NCBI RefSeq assembly: GCF_009914755.1 | Contig: NC_060927.1 | Strand: one strand, 5' to 3' | Length of the DNA: 64,000 nt | Origin: the human T2T-CHM13v2.0 reference genome, Homo sapiens | Part shown: positions 11,501-26,386 of the stretch, piece after piece | Layout of the letters: the number at the start of each line of letters is the position of its first letter | How positions within the stretch are numbered: position 1 is the first letter of the stretch | The notes under the pieces: generated by a model | Seen by the model: only the letters and a program-made list of their open reading frames with translations | Databases searched by the model: none | What the model was told of the DNA's origin: nothing | Position numbers and translations under genes: made by a program

Positions 11501-14500
11501 CTTGCAAATTCCACAAAAAGAGTGTTTCCAATCCGCTCTGTCTAAAGGAAGGTTCAACTCTCTGATTTGAATACATACATCCCAAAAGAAGTTACTGAGA
11601 ATTCTTCTGTCTAGCATTATGTGAAGAAATCCCGTTTCCAACGAAAGCCTCAAAGAGGTCCAAATATCCAGTTGCAGAATTTACAAACTGACTGTTTCCA
11701 AACTCATCTATGAAAAGAAAGGTTAAACTCTGTGAGTTGAATGCACATATCACAAAGTAGTTCCTGAGAATGATTCTGTCTAGTTTTTATACGAAGATAT
11801 TTCCTTTTCCACCAATGGCCTCAAAGTGCTTGAAATCTCCCCTTGCAAATTCCACAGACAAGTGTTTCAAATCTGCACTGTCTAAAGGAAGGTTCAACCC
11901 TGTGAGTTGAATACACACACACAGAAAAAAATTCACTGAGAATTCTATTGTCTATCATTACACGAAGAAATCCCGTTTACTACGAAGGCCTCAAAGAGGT
12001 CCAAATATCCAGCTGCAGACATTACAAACTGAGTGTTTCCAAAGTGCTCTATGAAAAGAAGTGTTAAACACTGTGAGTTCAATGCACACATCCCAAAGCA
12101 GTTTCTGAGAATGATTCCGTCTATTTTTTCTACGAAGATATTTCCTTTTCTACCGTTGGCCTCAAAGCGCTTGAAATCTCCACTTGCAAATTCCACAAAA
12201 AGAGAGTTTCAAATCTGCTCTGTCTAAAGGAAGGTTCAACTCTGTGAGTTGAATACACACCACAAAAAGAAGTTACTGAGAATTCTTCTGTCTAGCATTA
12301 TATGAAAAATCCCGTTTCCAACGAAGGCCACAAAGAGGTCCAAATATCCACTTGCAGATTCTGCAAAAAGAGTGTTTCCAAACTGCTCTATGAAAAGAAA
12401 CGTTAAACTCTGTGAGTTGAACGCAAACATCACAAAGTAGTTTCTGAGAATGACTCCGTCTAGTTTTTATACGAAGATATTTCCTTTCCTACCATTCACT
12501 TCAAAGCGCTTGAAGTCTCCCCCTGAAAATTCCACAAAAAGTGTTTCCAATCTGCTCCGCATAAAGGAAGCTTCAACTCTGTGAGTTGAATACCCACAAC
12601 CCAAAGAAGTTACTGAGAATTCTTCTGTCTAGCATTATATGAAGAAATCCCGTTTCCAACGAAGGCCTCAAATACATCCAAATATCCAGTTGCTGACTTT
12701 ACAAACTGAGTGTTTCCAAACTGCTCTATGAAAAGAAAGATTAAACACTGTGAGTTGAACACACACGTACCAAAGTAGTTTCTGAGAATGATTCTGTCTA
12801 GTTTGCATACGAAGATATTTCCTTTTCTACCATTGGCCTCAAAGCTTTGAAATCTCCACTTGCAAATTCCACAAAAAGAGAGTTTCAACTCTGCTGTTTC
12901 TAAAGGAAAGTTCAACTCTGAGAGTTGAATACACACCAGAAAAAGCAGTTACTGAGAAGTCTTCTGTCTAGCATTATATGAAGAAATCCCATTTCCAACG
13001 AAGACTTCAAAGAGGTCCAAATATCCACTTGCAGATTCTGCAAAAAGAGTGTTTCGAAACAACTGTATGAAAAGAAAGGTTAAACACTGTGAGTTGAACG
13101 CACACATTGCAAAGCAGTTTCTGAGAATGATTCCGTCTAATTATTATACGAAGGTATTTCCTTTTCTATCATTGGCCTCAAAGCGCTTGATACCTCCACC
13201 TGAAAATTCCACAAAAAGAGTGTTTCCAATCTACTCTGTCTAAAGGAACGTTCAACTCCGTGAGTTGAATACACACACACAGAAAGAATTCACTGAGAAT
13301 TCTTCTGTCTGGCATTACATGAAGAAATCCCGTTTCCAACGCAGGCCTCAAAGAGGTCCAAATATCCACTTGCAGATTCTGCAAAAAGAGTGTTTCAAAA
13401 CCGCTCCATTAAAAGGAATGTTGAACTCTGTGAGTTGAATGCAAACATCACAACTCAGTTGCTGAGAATGCTTCTGACTAGATTTTATGGTAAGATATTT
13501 CCTTTTCTACCGTAGGCTTCAATGCCCTCTAAATACACCCTTGCAAATTCTACAAAGAGACTGTTTCATAACTGCTCTACAGGAAGAAAGGTTCAACTCT
13601 GTGAGTTGAATGCAGAGATCACAACGTGGTTTCTGCGAATGATTCTTTGTAGTTTTTACATGAAGATATTTCGTTGTCAACCGTAGGCTTCAAAGCACTC
13701 AAAGTATTCACTTGGAACTTTTACAAAAAGAGTGTTAGAAAACTGCTCTTTCCAAAGTAAGGTTCAACTCTGTGAGTTGAATGCACACATAACAATCAAG
13801 AAGTTTCTGAGAATTCTTCTGTCCTGGTTTATATGAAGAAATCCCGTTTCCAACGAAGGCCTCAAAGACGTTTAAATATCCACTTGCAGACTTCACAAAC
13901 AGAGTGTTTCCAAACTGCTCTATGAAAAGAAAGGTTAAACTCTGTGAGTTGAACGCACACATCACAAAGTAGTTTCTGAGAATGATACTGTCTAGTTTTT
14001 ATACGAAGATATTTCCTTTCTACCATTGGCGTCAAAGCGCTAGAATTCTCCACTTGCAAATTCCACAAAAAGAGTGTTTCCAATCTGCTCTGTCTAAAGG
14101 AAGGTTCAACTCTGTGAGTTGAATACACACACACAAAGAAGCTACTGAGAATTCTTTTGTCAAGAATTATAAGAAGAAATCCCGTTTCCAACGAAGGCCT
14201 CAAAGAGTTCCAAATATCCACTTGCACACTGCACAAACTCTTTCCACACTGCTCTATGCAAAGAAATGTTCAACTCTGTGAGTTTAATACACACATCACA
14301 AAGCAGTTTCTGAGAATGATACTGTCTAGTTTTTATACGAAGATATTTCCTTTTGTACCATTGGCCTCATACTGCTAGAATTTTCCACTTGCAAATTCCA
14401 CAAAAAGAGTGTTTCCAATCCGCTCTGTCTAAAGGAAGGTTCAACTCTCTGATTTGAATACATACATCCCAAAAGAAGTTACTGAGAATTCTTCTGTCTA

Positions 14501-17500
14501 GCATTATGTGAAGAAATCCCGTTTCCAACGAAAGCCTCAAAGAGGCCCAAATATCCAGTTGCAGCATTTACAAACTGACTGTTTCCAAACTCATCTATGA
14601 AAAGAAAGGTTAAACTCTGTGAGTTGAATGCACATATCACAAAGTAGTTCCTGAGAATGATTCTGTCTAGTTTTTATACGCAGATATTTCCTTTTCCACC
14701 AATGGCCTCAAAGTGCTTGAAATCTCCCCTTGCAAATTCCACAGACAAGTGTCTCAAATCTGCACTGTCTAAAGGAAGGTTCAACCCTGTGAGTTGAATA
14801 CACACACACAGAAAAAAATTCACTGAGAATTCTATTGTCTATCATTACACGAAGAAATCCCGTTTACTACGAAGGCCTCAAAGAGGTCCAAATATCCAGC
14901 TGCAGACATTACAAACTGAGTGTTTCCAAAGTGCTCTATGAAAAGAAGTGTTAAACACTGTGAGTTCAATGCACACATCCCAAAGCAGTTTCTGAGAATG
15001 ATTCCGTCTATTTTTTCTACGAAGATATTTCCTTTTCTACCGTTGGCCTCAAAGCGCTTGAAATCTCCACTTGCAAATTCCACAAAAAGAGAGTTTCAAA
15101 TCTGCTCTGTCTAAAGGAAGGTTCAACTCTGTGAGTTGAATACACACCACAAAAAGAAGTTACTGAGAATTCTTCTGTCTAGCATTATATGAAAAATCCC
15201 GTTTCCAACGAAGGCCACAAAGAGGTCCAAATATCCACTTGCAGATTCTGCAAAAAGAGTGTTTCCAAACTGCTCTATGAAAAGAAACGTTAAACTCTGT
15301 GAGTTGAACGCAAACATCACAAAGTAGTTTCTGAGAATGACTCCGTCTAGTTTTTATACGAAGATATTTCCTTTCCTACCATTCACTTCAAAGCGCTTGA
15401 AGTCTCCCCCTGAAAATTCCACAAAAAGTGTTTCCAATCTGCTCCGCCTAAAGGAAGCTTCAACTCTGTGAGTTGAATACCCACAACCCAAAGAAGTTAC
15501 TGAGAATTCTTCTGTCTAGCATTATATGAAGAAATCCCGTTTCCAACGAAGGCCTCAAATACATCCAAATATCCAGTTGCTGACTTTACAAACTGAGTGT
15601 TTCCAAACTGCTCTATGAAAAGAAAGGTTAAACACTGTGAGTTGAACACACACGTACCAAAGTAGTTTCTGAGAATGATTCTGTCTAGTTTGCATACGAA
15701 GATATTTCCTTTTCTACCATTGGCCTCAAAGCTTTGAAATCTCCACTTGCAAATTCCACAAAAAGAGAGTTTCAACTCTGCTGTTTCTAAAGGAAAGTTC
15801 AACTCTGAGAGTTGAATACACACCAGAAAAAGCAGTTACTGAGAAGTCTTCTGTCTAGCATTATATGAAGAAATCCCATTTCCAACGAAGACTTCAAAGA
15901 GGTCCAAATATCCACTTGCAGATTCTGCAAAAAGAGTGTTTCGAAACAACTGTATGAAAAGAAAGGTTAAACACTGTGAGTTGAATGCACACATTGCAAA
16001 GCAGTTTCTGAGAATGATTCCGTCTAATTATTATACGAAGGTATTTCCTTTTCTATCATTGGCCTCAAAGCGCTTGATACCTCCACCTGAAAATTCCACA
16101 AAAAGAGTGTTTCCAATCTACTCTGTCTAAAGGAACGTTCAACTCTGTGAGTTGAATACACACACACAGAAAGAATTCACTGAGAATTCTTCTGTCTGGC
16201 ATTACATGAAGAAATCCCGTTTCCAACGAAGGCCTCAAAGAGGTCCAAATATCCACTTGCAGATTCTGCAAAAAGAGTGTTTCAAAACCGCTCCATTAAA
16301 AGGAATGTTGAACTCTGTGAGTTGAATGCAAACATCACAACTCAGTTGCTGAGAATGCTTCTGACTAGATTTTATGGTAAGATATTTCCTTTTCTACCGT
16401 AGGCTTCAATGCCCTCTAAATACACCCTTGCAAATTCTACAAAGAGACTGTTTCATAACTGCTCTACAGGAAGAAAGGTTCAACTCTGTGAGTTGAATGC
16501 AGAGATCACAACGTGGTTTCTGCGAATGATTCTTTGTAGTTTTTACATGAAGATATTTCGTTGTCAACCGTAGGCTTCAAAGCACTCAAAGTATTCACTT
16601 GGAACTTTTACAAAAAGAGTGTTAGAAAACTGCTCTTTCCAAAGTAAGGTTCAACTCTGTGAGTTGAATGCACACATAACAATCAAGAAGTTTCTGAGAA
16701 TTCTTCTGTCCTGGTTTATATGAAGAAATCCCGTTTCCAACGAAGGCCTCAAAGACGTTTCAATATGCACTTGCAGACTTCACAAACAGAGTGTTTCCAA
16801 ACTGCTCTATGAAAAGAAAGGTTAAACTCTGTGAGTTGAACGCACACATCACAAAATAGTTTCTGAGAATGATACTGTCTAGTTTTTATACGAAGATATT
16901 TCCTTTCTACCATTGGCGTCAAAGCGCTAGAATTCTCCACTTGCAAATTCCACAAAAAGAGTGTTTCCAATCTGCTCTGTCTAAAGGAAGGTTCAACTCT
17001 GTGAGTTGAATACACACACACAAAGAAGCTACTGAGAATTCTTTTGTCAAGAATTATAAGAAGAAATCCCGTTTCCAACGAAGGCCTCAAAGAGTTCCAA
17101 ATATCCACTTGCACACTGCACAAACTAAGTCTTTCCAAACTGCTCTATGCAAAGAAATGTTCAACTCTGTGAGTTTAATACACACATCACAAAGCAGTTT
17201 CTGAGAATGATACTGTCTAGTTTTTATACGAAGATATTTCCTTTTGTACCATTGGCCTCATACTGCTAGAATTTTCCACTTGCAAATTCCACAAAAAGAG
17301 TGTTTCCAATCCGCTCTGTCTAAAGGAAGGTTCAACTCTCTGATTTGAATACATACATCCCAAAAGAAGTTACTGAGAATTCTTCTGTCTAGCATTATGT
17401 GAAGAAATCCCGTTTCCAACGAAAGCCTCAAAGAGGTCCAAATATCCAGTTGCAGCATTTACAAACTGACTGTTTCCAAACTCATCTATGAAAAGAAAGG

Positions 17501-20500
17501 TTAAACTCTGTGAGTTGAATGCACATATCACAAAGTAGTTCCTGAGAATGATTCTGTCTAGTTTTTATACGAAGATATTTCCTTTTCCACCAATGGCCTC
17601 AAAGTGCTTGAAATCTCCCCTTGCAAATTCCACAGACAAGTGTTTCAAATCTGCACTGTCTAAAGGAAGGTTCAACCCTGTGAGTTGAATACACACACAC
17701 AGAAAAAAATTCACTGAGAATTCTATTGTCTATCATTACACGAAGAAATCCCGTTTACTACGAAGGCCTCAAAGAGGTCCAAATATCCAGCTGCAGACAT
17801 TACAAACTGAGTGTTTCCAAAGTGCTCTATGAAAAGAAGTGTTAAACACTGTGAGTTCAATGCACACATCCCAAAGCAGTTTCTGAGAATGATTCCGTCT
17901 ATTTTTTCTACAAAGATATTTCCTTTTCTACCGTTGGCCTCAAAGCGCTTGAAATCTCCACTTGCAAATTCCACAAAAAGAGAGTTTCAAATCTGCTCTG
18001 TCTAAAGGAAGGTTCAACTCTGTGAGTTGAATACACACCACAAAAAGAAGTTACTGAGAATTCTTCTGTCTAGCATTATATGAAAAATCCCGTTTCCAAC
18101 GAAGGCCACAAAGAGGTCCAAATATCCACTTGCAGATTCTGCAAAAAGAGTGTTTCCAAACTGCTCTATGAAAAGAAACGTTAAACTCTGTGAGTTGAAC
18201 GCAAACATCACAAAGTAGTTTCTGAGAATGACTCCGTCTAGTTTTTATACGAAGATATTTCCTTTCCTACCATTCACTTCAAAGCGCTTGAAGTCTCCCC
18301 CTGAAAATTCCACAAAAAGTGTTTCCAATCTGCTCCGCCTAAAGGAAGCTTCAACTCTGTGAGTTGAATACCCACAACCCAAAGAAGTTACTGAGAATTC
18401 TTCTGTCTAGCATTATATGAAGAAATCCCGTTTCCAACGAAGGCCTCAAATACATCCAAATATCCAGTTGCTGACTTTACAAACTGAGTGTTTCCAAACT
18501 GCTCTATGAAAAGAAAGATTAAACACTGTGAGTTGAACACACACGTACCAAAGTAGTTTCTGAGAATGATTCTGTCTAGTTTGCATACGAAGATATTTCC
18601 TTTTCTACCATTGGCCTCAAAGCTTTGAAATCTCCACTTGCAAATTCCACAAAAAGAGAGTTTCAACTCTGCTGTTTCTAAAGGAAAGTTCAACTCTGAG
18701 AGTTGAATACACACCAGAAAAAGCAGTTACTGAGAAGTCTTCTGTCTAGCATTATATGAAGAAATCCCATTTCCAACGAAGACTTCAAAGAGGTCCAAAT
18801 ATCCACTTGCAGATTCTGCAAAAAGAGTGTTTCGAAACAACTGTATGAAAAGAAAGGTTAAACACTGTGAGTTGAACGCACACATTGCAAAGCAGTTTCT
18901 GAGAATGATTCCGTCTAATTATTATACGAAGGTATTTCCTTTTCTATCATTGGCCTCAAAGCGCTTGATACCTCCACCTGAAAATTCCACAAAAAGAGTG
19001 TTTCCAATCTACTCTGTCTAAAGGAACGTTCAACTCCGTGAGTTGAATACACACACACAGAAAGAATTCACTGAGAATTCTTCTGTCTGGCATTACATGA
19101 AGAAATCCCGTTTCCAACGCAGGCCTCAAAGAGGTCCAAATATCCACTTGCAGATTCTGCAAAAAGAGTGTTTCAAAACCGCTCCATTAAAAGGAATGTT
19201 GAACTCTGTGAGTTGAATGCAAACATCACAACTCAGTTGCTGAGAATGCTTCTGACTAGATTTTATGGTAAGATATTTCCTTTTCTACCGTAGGCTTCAA
19301 TGCCCTCTAAATACACCCTTGCAAATTCTACAAAGAGACTGTTTCATAACTGCTCTACAGGAAGAAAGGTTCAACTCTGTGAGTTGAATGCAGAGATCAC
19401 AACGTGGTTTCTGCGAATGATTCTTTGTAGTTTTTACATGAAGATATTTCGTTGTCAACCGTAGGCTTCAAAGCACTCAAAGTATTCACTTGGAACTTTT
19501 ACAAAAAGAGTGTTAGAAAACTGCACTTTCCAAAGTAAGGTTCAACTCTGTGAGTTGAATGCACACATAACAATCAAGAAGTTTCTGAGAATTCTTCTGT
19601 CCTGGTTTATATGAAGAAATCCCGTTTCCAACGAAGGCCTCAAAGACGTTTAAATATCCACTTGCAGACTTCACAAACAGAGTGTTTCCAAACTGCTCTA
19701 TGAAAAGAAAGGTTAAACTCTGTGAGTTGAACGCACACATCACAAAGTAGTTTCTGAGAATGATACTGTCTAGTTTTTATACGAAGATATTTCCTTTCTA
19801 CCATTGGCGTCAAAGCGCTAGAATTCTCCACTTGCAAATTCCACAAAAAGAGTGTTTCCAATCTGCTCTGTCTAAAGGAAGGTTCAACTCTGTGAGTTGA
19901 ATACACACACACAAAGAAGCTACTGAGAATTCTTTTGTCAAGAATTATAAGAAGAAATCCCGTTTCCAACGAAGGCCTCAAAGAGTTCCAAATATCCACT
20001 TGCACACTGCACAAACTCTTTCCACACTGCTCTATGCAAAGAAATGTTCAACTCTGTGAGTTTAATACACACATCACAAAGCAGTTTCTGAGAATGATAC
20101 TGTCTAGTTTTTATACGAAGATATTTCCTTTTGTACCATTGGCCTCATACTGCTAGAATTTTCCACTTGCAAATTCCACAAAAAGAGTGTTTCCAATCCG
20201 CTCTGTCTAAAGGAAGGTTCAACTCTCTGATTTGAATACATACATCCCAAAAGAAGTTACTGAGAATTCTTCTGTCTAGCATTATGTGAAGAAATCCCGT
20301 TTCCAACGAAAGCCTCAAAGAGGCCCAAATATCCAGTTGCAGCATTTACAAACTGACTGTTTCCAAACTCATCTATGAAAAGAAAGGTTAAACTCTGTGA
20401 GTTGAATGCACATATCACAAAGTAGTTCCTGAGAATGATTCTGTCTAGTTTTTATACGAAGATATTTCCTTTTCCACCAATGGCCTCAAAGTGCTTGAAA

Positions 20501-23500
20501 TCTCCCCTTGCAAATTCCACAGACAAGTGTCTCAAATCTGCACTGTCTAAAGGAAGGTTCAACCCTGTGAGTTGAATACACACACACAGAAAAAAATTCA
20601 CTGAGAATTCTATTGTCTATCATTACACGAAGAAATCCCGTTTACTACGAAGGCCTCAAAGAGGTCCAAATATCCAGCTGCAGACATTACAAACTGAGTG
20701 TTTCCAAAGTGCTCTATGAAAAGAAGTGTTAAACACTGTGAGTTCAATGCACACATCCCAAAGCAGTTTCTGAGAATGATTCCGTCTATTTTTTCTACGA
20801 AGATATTTCCTTTTCTACCGTTGGCCTCAAAGCGCTTGAAATCTCCACTTGCAAATTCCACAAAAAGAGAGTTTCAAATCTGCTCTGTCTAAAGGAAGGT
20901 TCAACTCTGTGAGTTGAATACACACCACAAAAAGAAGTTACTGAGAATTCTTCTGTCTAGCATTATATGAAAAATCCCGTTTCCAACGAAGGCCACAAAG
21001 AGGTCCAAATATCCACTTGCAGATTCTGCAAAAAGAGTGTTTCCAAACTGCTCTATGAAAAGAAACGTTAAACTCTGTGAGTTGAACGCAAACATCACAA
21101 AGTAGTTTCTGAGAATGACTCCGTCTAGTTTTTATACGAAGATATTTCCTTTCCTACCATTCACTTCAAAGCGCTTGAAGTCTCCCCCTGAAAATTCCAC
21201 AAAAAGTGTTTCCAATCTGCTCCGCCTAAAGTAAGCTTCAACTCTGTGAGTTGAATACCCACAACCCAAAGAAGTTACTGAGAATTCTTCTGTCTAGCAT
21301 TATATGAAGAAATCCCGTTTCCAACGAAGGCCTCAAATACATCCAAATATCCAGTTGCTGACTTTACAAACTGAGTGTTTCCAAACTGCTCTATGAAAAG
21401 AAAGATTAAACACTGTGAGTTGAACACACACGTACCAAAGTAGTTTCTGAGAATGATTCTGTCTAGTTTGCATACGAAGATATTTCCTTTTCTACCATTG
21501 GCCTCAAAGCTTTGAAATCTCCACTTGCAAATTCCACAAAAAGAGAGTTTCAACTCTGCTGTTTCTAAAGGAAAGTTCAACTCTGAGAGTTGAATACACA
21601 CCAGAAAAAGCAGTTACTGAGAAGTCTTCTGTCTAGCATTATATGAAGAAATCCCATTTCCAACGAAGACTTCAAAGAGGTCCAAATATCCACTTGCAGA
21701 TTCTGCAAAAAGAGTGTTTCGAAACAACTGTATGAAAAGAAAGGTTAAACACTGTGAGTTGAACGCACACATTGCAAAGCAGTTTCTGAGAATGATTCCG
21801 TCTAATTATTATACGAAGGTATTTCCTTTTCTATCATTGGCCTCAAAGCGCTTGATACCTCCACCTGAAAATTCCACAAAAAGAGTGTTTCCAATCTACT
21901 CTGTCTAAAGGAACGTTCAACTCCGTGAGTTGAATACACACACACAGAAAGAATTCACTGAGAATTCTTCTGTCTGGCATTACATGAAGAAATCCCGTTT
22001 CCAACGAAGGCCTCAAAGAGGTCCAAATATCCACTTGCAGATTCTGCAAAAAGAGTGTTTCAAAACCGCTCCATTAAAAGGAATGTTGAACTCTGTGAGT
22101 TGAATGCAAACATCACAACTCAGTTGCTGAGAATGCTTCTGACTAGATTTTATGGTAAGATATTTCCTTTTCTACCGTAGGCTTCAATGCCCTCTAAATA
22201 CACCCTTGCAAATTCTACAAAGAGACTGTTTCATAACTGCTCTACAGGAAGAAAGGTTCAACTCTGTGAGTTGAATGCAGAGATCACAACGTGGTTTCTG
22301 CGAATGATTCTTTGTAGTTTTTACATGAAGATATTTCGTTGTCAACCGTAGGCTTCAAAGCACTCAAAGTATTCACTTGGAACTTTTACAAAAAGAGTGT
22401 TAGAAAACTGCTCTTTCCAAAGTAAGGTTCAACTCTGTGAGTTGAATGCACACATAACAATCAAGAAGTTTCTGAGAATTCTTCTGTCCTGGTTTATATG
22501 AAGAAATCCCGTTTCCAACGAAGGCCTCAAAGACGTTTAAATATCCACTTGCAGACTTCACAAACAGAGTGTTTCCAAACTGCTCTATGAAAAGAAAGGT
22601 TAAACTCTGTGAGTTGAACGCACACATCACAAAATAGTTTCTGAGAATGATACTGTCTAGTTTTTATACGAAGATATTTCCTTTCTACCATTGGCGTCAA
22701 AGCGCTAGAATTCTCCACTTGCAAATTCCACAAAAAGAGTGTTTCCAATCTGCTCTGTCTAAAGGAAGGTTCAACTCTGTGAGTTGAATACACACACACA
22801 AAGAAGCTACTGAGAATTCTTTTGTCAAGAATTATAAGAAGAAATCCCCTTTCCAACGAAGGCCTCAAAGAGTTCCAAATATCCACTTGCACACTGCACA
22901 AACTAAGTCTTTCCAAACTGCTCTATGCAAAGAAATGTTCAACTCTGTGAGTTTAATACACACATCACAAAGCAGTTTCTGAGAATGATACTGTCTAGTT
23001 TTTATACGAAGATATTTCCTTTTGTACCATTGGCCTCATACTGCTAGAATTTTCCACTTGCAAATTCCACAAAAAGAGTGTTTCCAATCCGCTCTGTCTA
23101 AAGGAAGGTTCAACTCTCTGATTTGAATACATACATCCCAAAAGAAGTTACTGAGAATTCTTCTGTCTAGCATTATGTGAAGAAATCCCGTTTCCAACGA
23201 AAGCCTCAAAGAGGTCCAAATATCCAGTTGCAGAATTTACAAACTGACTGTTTCCAAACTCATCTATGAAAAGAAAGGTTAAACTCTGTGAGTTGAATGC
23301 ACATATCACAAAGTAGTTCCTGAGAATGATTCTGTCTAGTTTTTATACGAAGATATTTCCTTTTCCACCAATGGCCTCAAAGTGCTTGAAATCTCCCCTT
23401 GCAAATTCCACAGACAAGTGTTTCAAATCTGCACTGTCTAAAGGAAGGTTCAACCCTGTGAGTTGAATACACACACACAGAAAAAAATTCACTGAGAATT

Positions 23501-26386
23501 CTATTGTCTATCATTACACGAAGAAATCCCGTTTACTACGAAGGCCTCAAAGAGGTCCAAATATCCAGCTGCAGACATTACAAACTGAGTGTTTCCAAAG
23601 TGCTCTATGAAAAGAAGTGTTAAACACTGTGAGTTCAATGCACGCATCCCAAAGCAGTTTCTGAGAATGATTCCGTCTATTTTTTCTACGAAGATATTTC
23701 CTTTTCTACCGTTGGCCTCAAAGCGCTTGAAATCTCCACTTGCAAATTCCACAAAAAGAGAGTTTCAAATCTGCTCTGTCTAAAGGAAGGTTCAACTCTG
23801 TGAGTTGAATACACACCACAAAAAGAAGTTACTGAGAATTCTTCTGTCTAGCATTATATGAAAAATCCCGTTTCCAACGAAGGCCACAAAGAGGTCCAAA
23901 TATCCACTTGCAGATTCTGCAAAAAGAGTGTTTCCAAACTGCTCTATGAAAAGAAACGTTAAACTCTGTGAGTTGAACGCAAACATCACAAAGTAGTTTC
24001 TGAGAATGACTCCGTCTAGTTTTTATACGAAGATATTTCCTTTCCTACCATTCACTTCAAAGCGCTTGAAGTCTCCCCCTGAAAATTCCACAAAAAGTGT
24101 TTCCAATCTGCTCCGCCTAAAGGAAGCTTCAACTCTGTGAGTTGAATACCCACAACCCAAAGAAGTTACTGAGAATTCTTCTGTCTAGCATTATATGAAG
24201 AAATCCCGTTTCCAACGAAGGCCTCAAATACATCCAAATATCCAGTTGCTGACTTTACAAACTGAGTGTTTCCAAACTGCTCTATGAAAAGAAAGATTAA
24301 ACACTGTGAGTTGAACACACACGTACCAAAGTAGTTTCTGAGAATGATTCTGTCTAGTTTGCATACGAAGATATTTCCTTTTCACCATTGGCCTCAAAGC
24401 TTTGAAATCTCCACTTGCAAATTCCACAAAAAGAGAGTTTCAAATCTGCTGTTTCTAAAGGAAAGTTCAACTCTGAGAGTTGAATACACACCAGAAAAAG
24501 CAGTTACTGAGAAGTCTTCTGTCTAGCATTATATGAAGAAATCCCATTTCCAACGAAGACTTCAAAGAGGTCCAAATATCCACTTGCAGATTCTGCAAAA
24601 AGAGTGTTTCGAAACAACTGTATGAAAAGAAAGGTTAAACACTGTGAGTTGAACGCACACATTGCAAAGCAGTTTCTGAGAATGATTCCGTCTAATTATT
24701 ATACGAAGGTATTTCCTTTTCTATCATTGGCCTCAAAGCGCTTGATACCTCCACCTGAAAATTCCACAAAAAGAGTGTTTCCAATCTACTCTGTCTAAAG
24801 GAACGTTCAACTCTGTGAGTTGAATACACACACACAGAAAGAATTCACTGAGAATTCTTCTGTCTGGCATTACATGAAGAAATCCCGTTTCCAACGAAGG
24901 CCTCAAAGAGGTCCAAATATCCACTTGCAGATTCTGCAAAAAGAGTGTTTCAAAACCGCTCCATTAAAAGGAATGTTGAACTCTGTGAGTTGAATGCAAA
25001 CATCACAACTCAGTTGCTGAGAATGCTTCTGACTAGATTTTATGGTAAGATATTTCCTTTTCTACCGTAGGCTTCAATGCCCTCTAAATACACCCTTGCA
25101 AATTCTACAAAGAGACTGTTTCATAACTGCTCTATAGGAAGAAAGGTTCAACTCTGTGAGTTGAATGCAGAGATCACAACGTGGTTTCTGCGAATGATTC
25201 TTTGTAGTTTTTACATGAAGATATTTCGTTGTCAACCGTAGGCTTCAAAGCACTCAAAGTATTCACTTGGAACTTTTACAAAAAGAGTGTTAGAAAACTG
25301 CTCTTTCCAAAGTAAGGTTCAACTCTGTGAGTTGAATGCACACATAACAATCAAGAACTTTCTGAGAATTCTTCTGTCCTGGTTTATATGAAAAAATCCC
25401 GTTTCCAACGAAGGCCTCAAAGACGTTTAAATATCCACTTGCAGACTTCACAGAGTGTTTCCAAACTGCTCTATGAAAAGAAAGGTTAAACTCTGTGAGT
25501 TGAACGCACACATCACAAAGTAGTTTCTGAGAATGATACTGTCTAGTTTTTATACGAAGATATTTCCTTTCTACCATTGGCGTCAAAGCGCTAGAATTCT
25601 CCACTTGCAAATTCCACAAAAAGAGTGTTTCCAATCTGCTCTGTCTAAAGGAAGGTTCAACTCTGTGAGTTGAATACACACACACAAAGAAGCTACTGAG
25701 AATTCTTTTGTCAAGAATTATAAGAAGAAATCCCGTTTCCAACGAAGGCCTCAAAGAGTTCCAAATATCCACTTGCACACTGCACAAACTAAGTCTTTCC
25801 AAACTGCTCTATGCAAAGAAATGTTGAACTCTGTGAGTTTAATACACACATCACAAAGCAGTTTCTGAGAATGATACTGTCTAGTTTTTATACGAAGATA
25901 TTTCCTTTTGTACCATTGGCCTCATACTGCTAGAATTTTCCACTTGCAAATTCCACAAAAAGAGTGTTTCCAATCCGCTCTGTCTAAAGGAAGGTTCAAC
26001 TCTCTGATTTGAATACATACATCCCAAAAGAAGTTACTGAGAATTCTTCTGTCTAGCATTATGTGAAGAAATCCCGTTTCCAACGAAAGCCTCAAAGAGG
26101 TCCAAATATCCAGTTGCAGAATTTACAAACTGACTGTTTCCAAACTCATCTATGAAAAGAAAGGTTAAACTCTGGGAGTTGAATGCACATATCACAAAGT
26201 AGTTCCTGAGAATGATTCTGTCTAGTTTTCATACGAAGATATTTCCTTTTCCACCAATGGCCTCAAAGTGCTTGAAATCTCCCCTTGCAAATTCCACAGA
26301 CAAGTGTTTCAAATCTGCACTGTCTAAAGGAAGGTTCAACCCTGTGAGTTGAATACACACACACAGAAAAAAATTCACTGAGAATT

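Noticed and set aside
25290-25802. 170-aa ORF (also at 47056, 52834 and 55721), the longest in the window
   Set aside because: It arises only because 4-bp deletion B fuses two spurious frames; there is no evidence of coding function.
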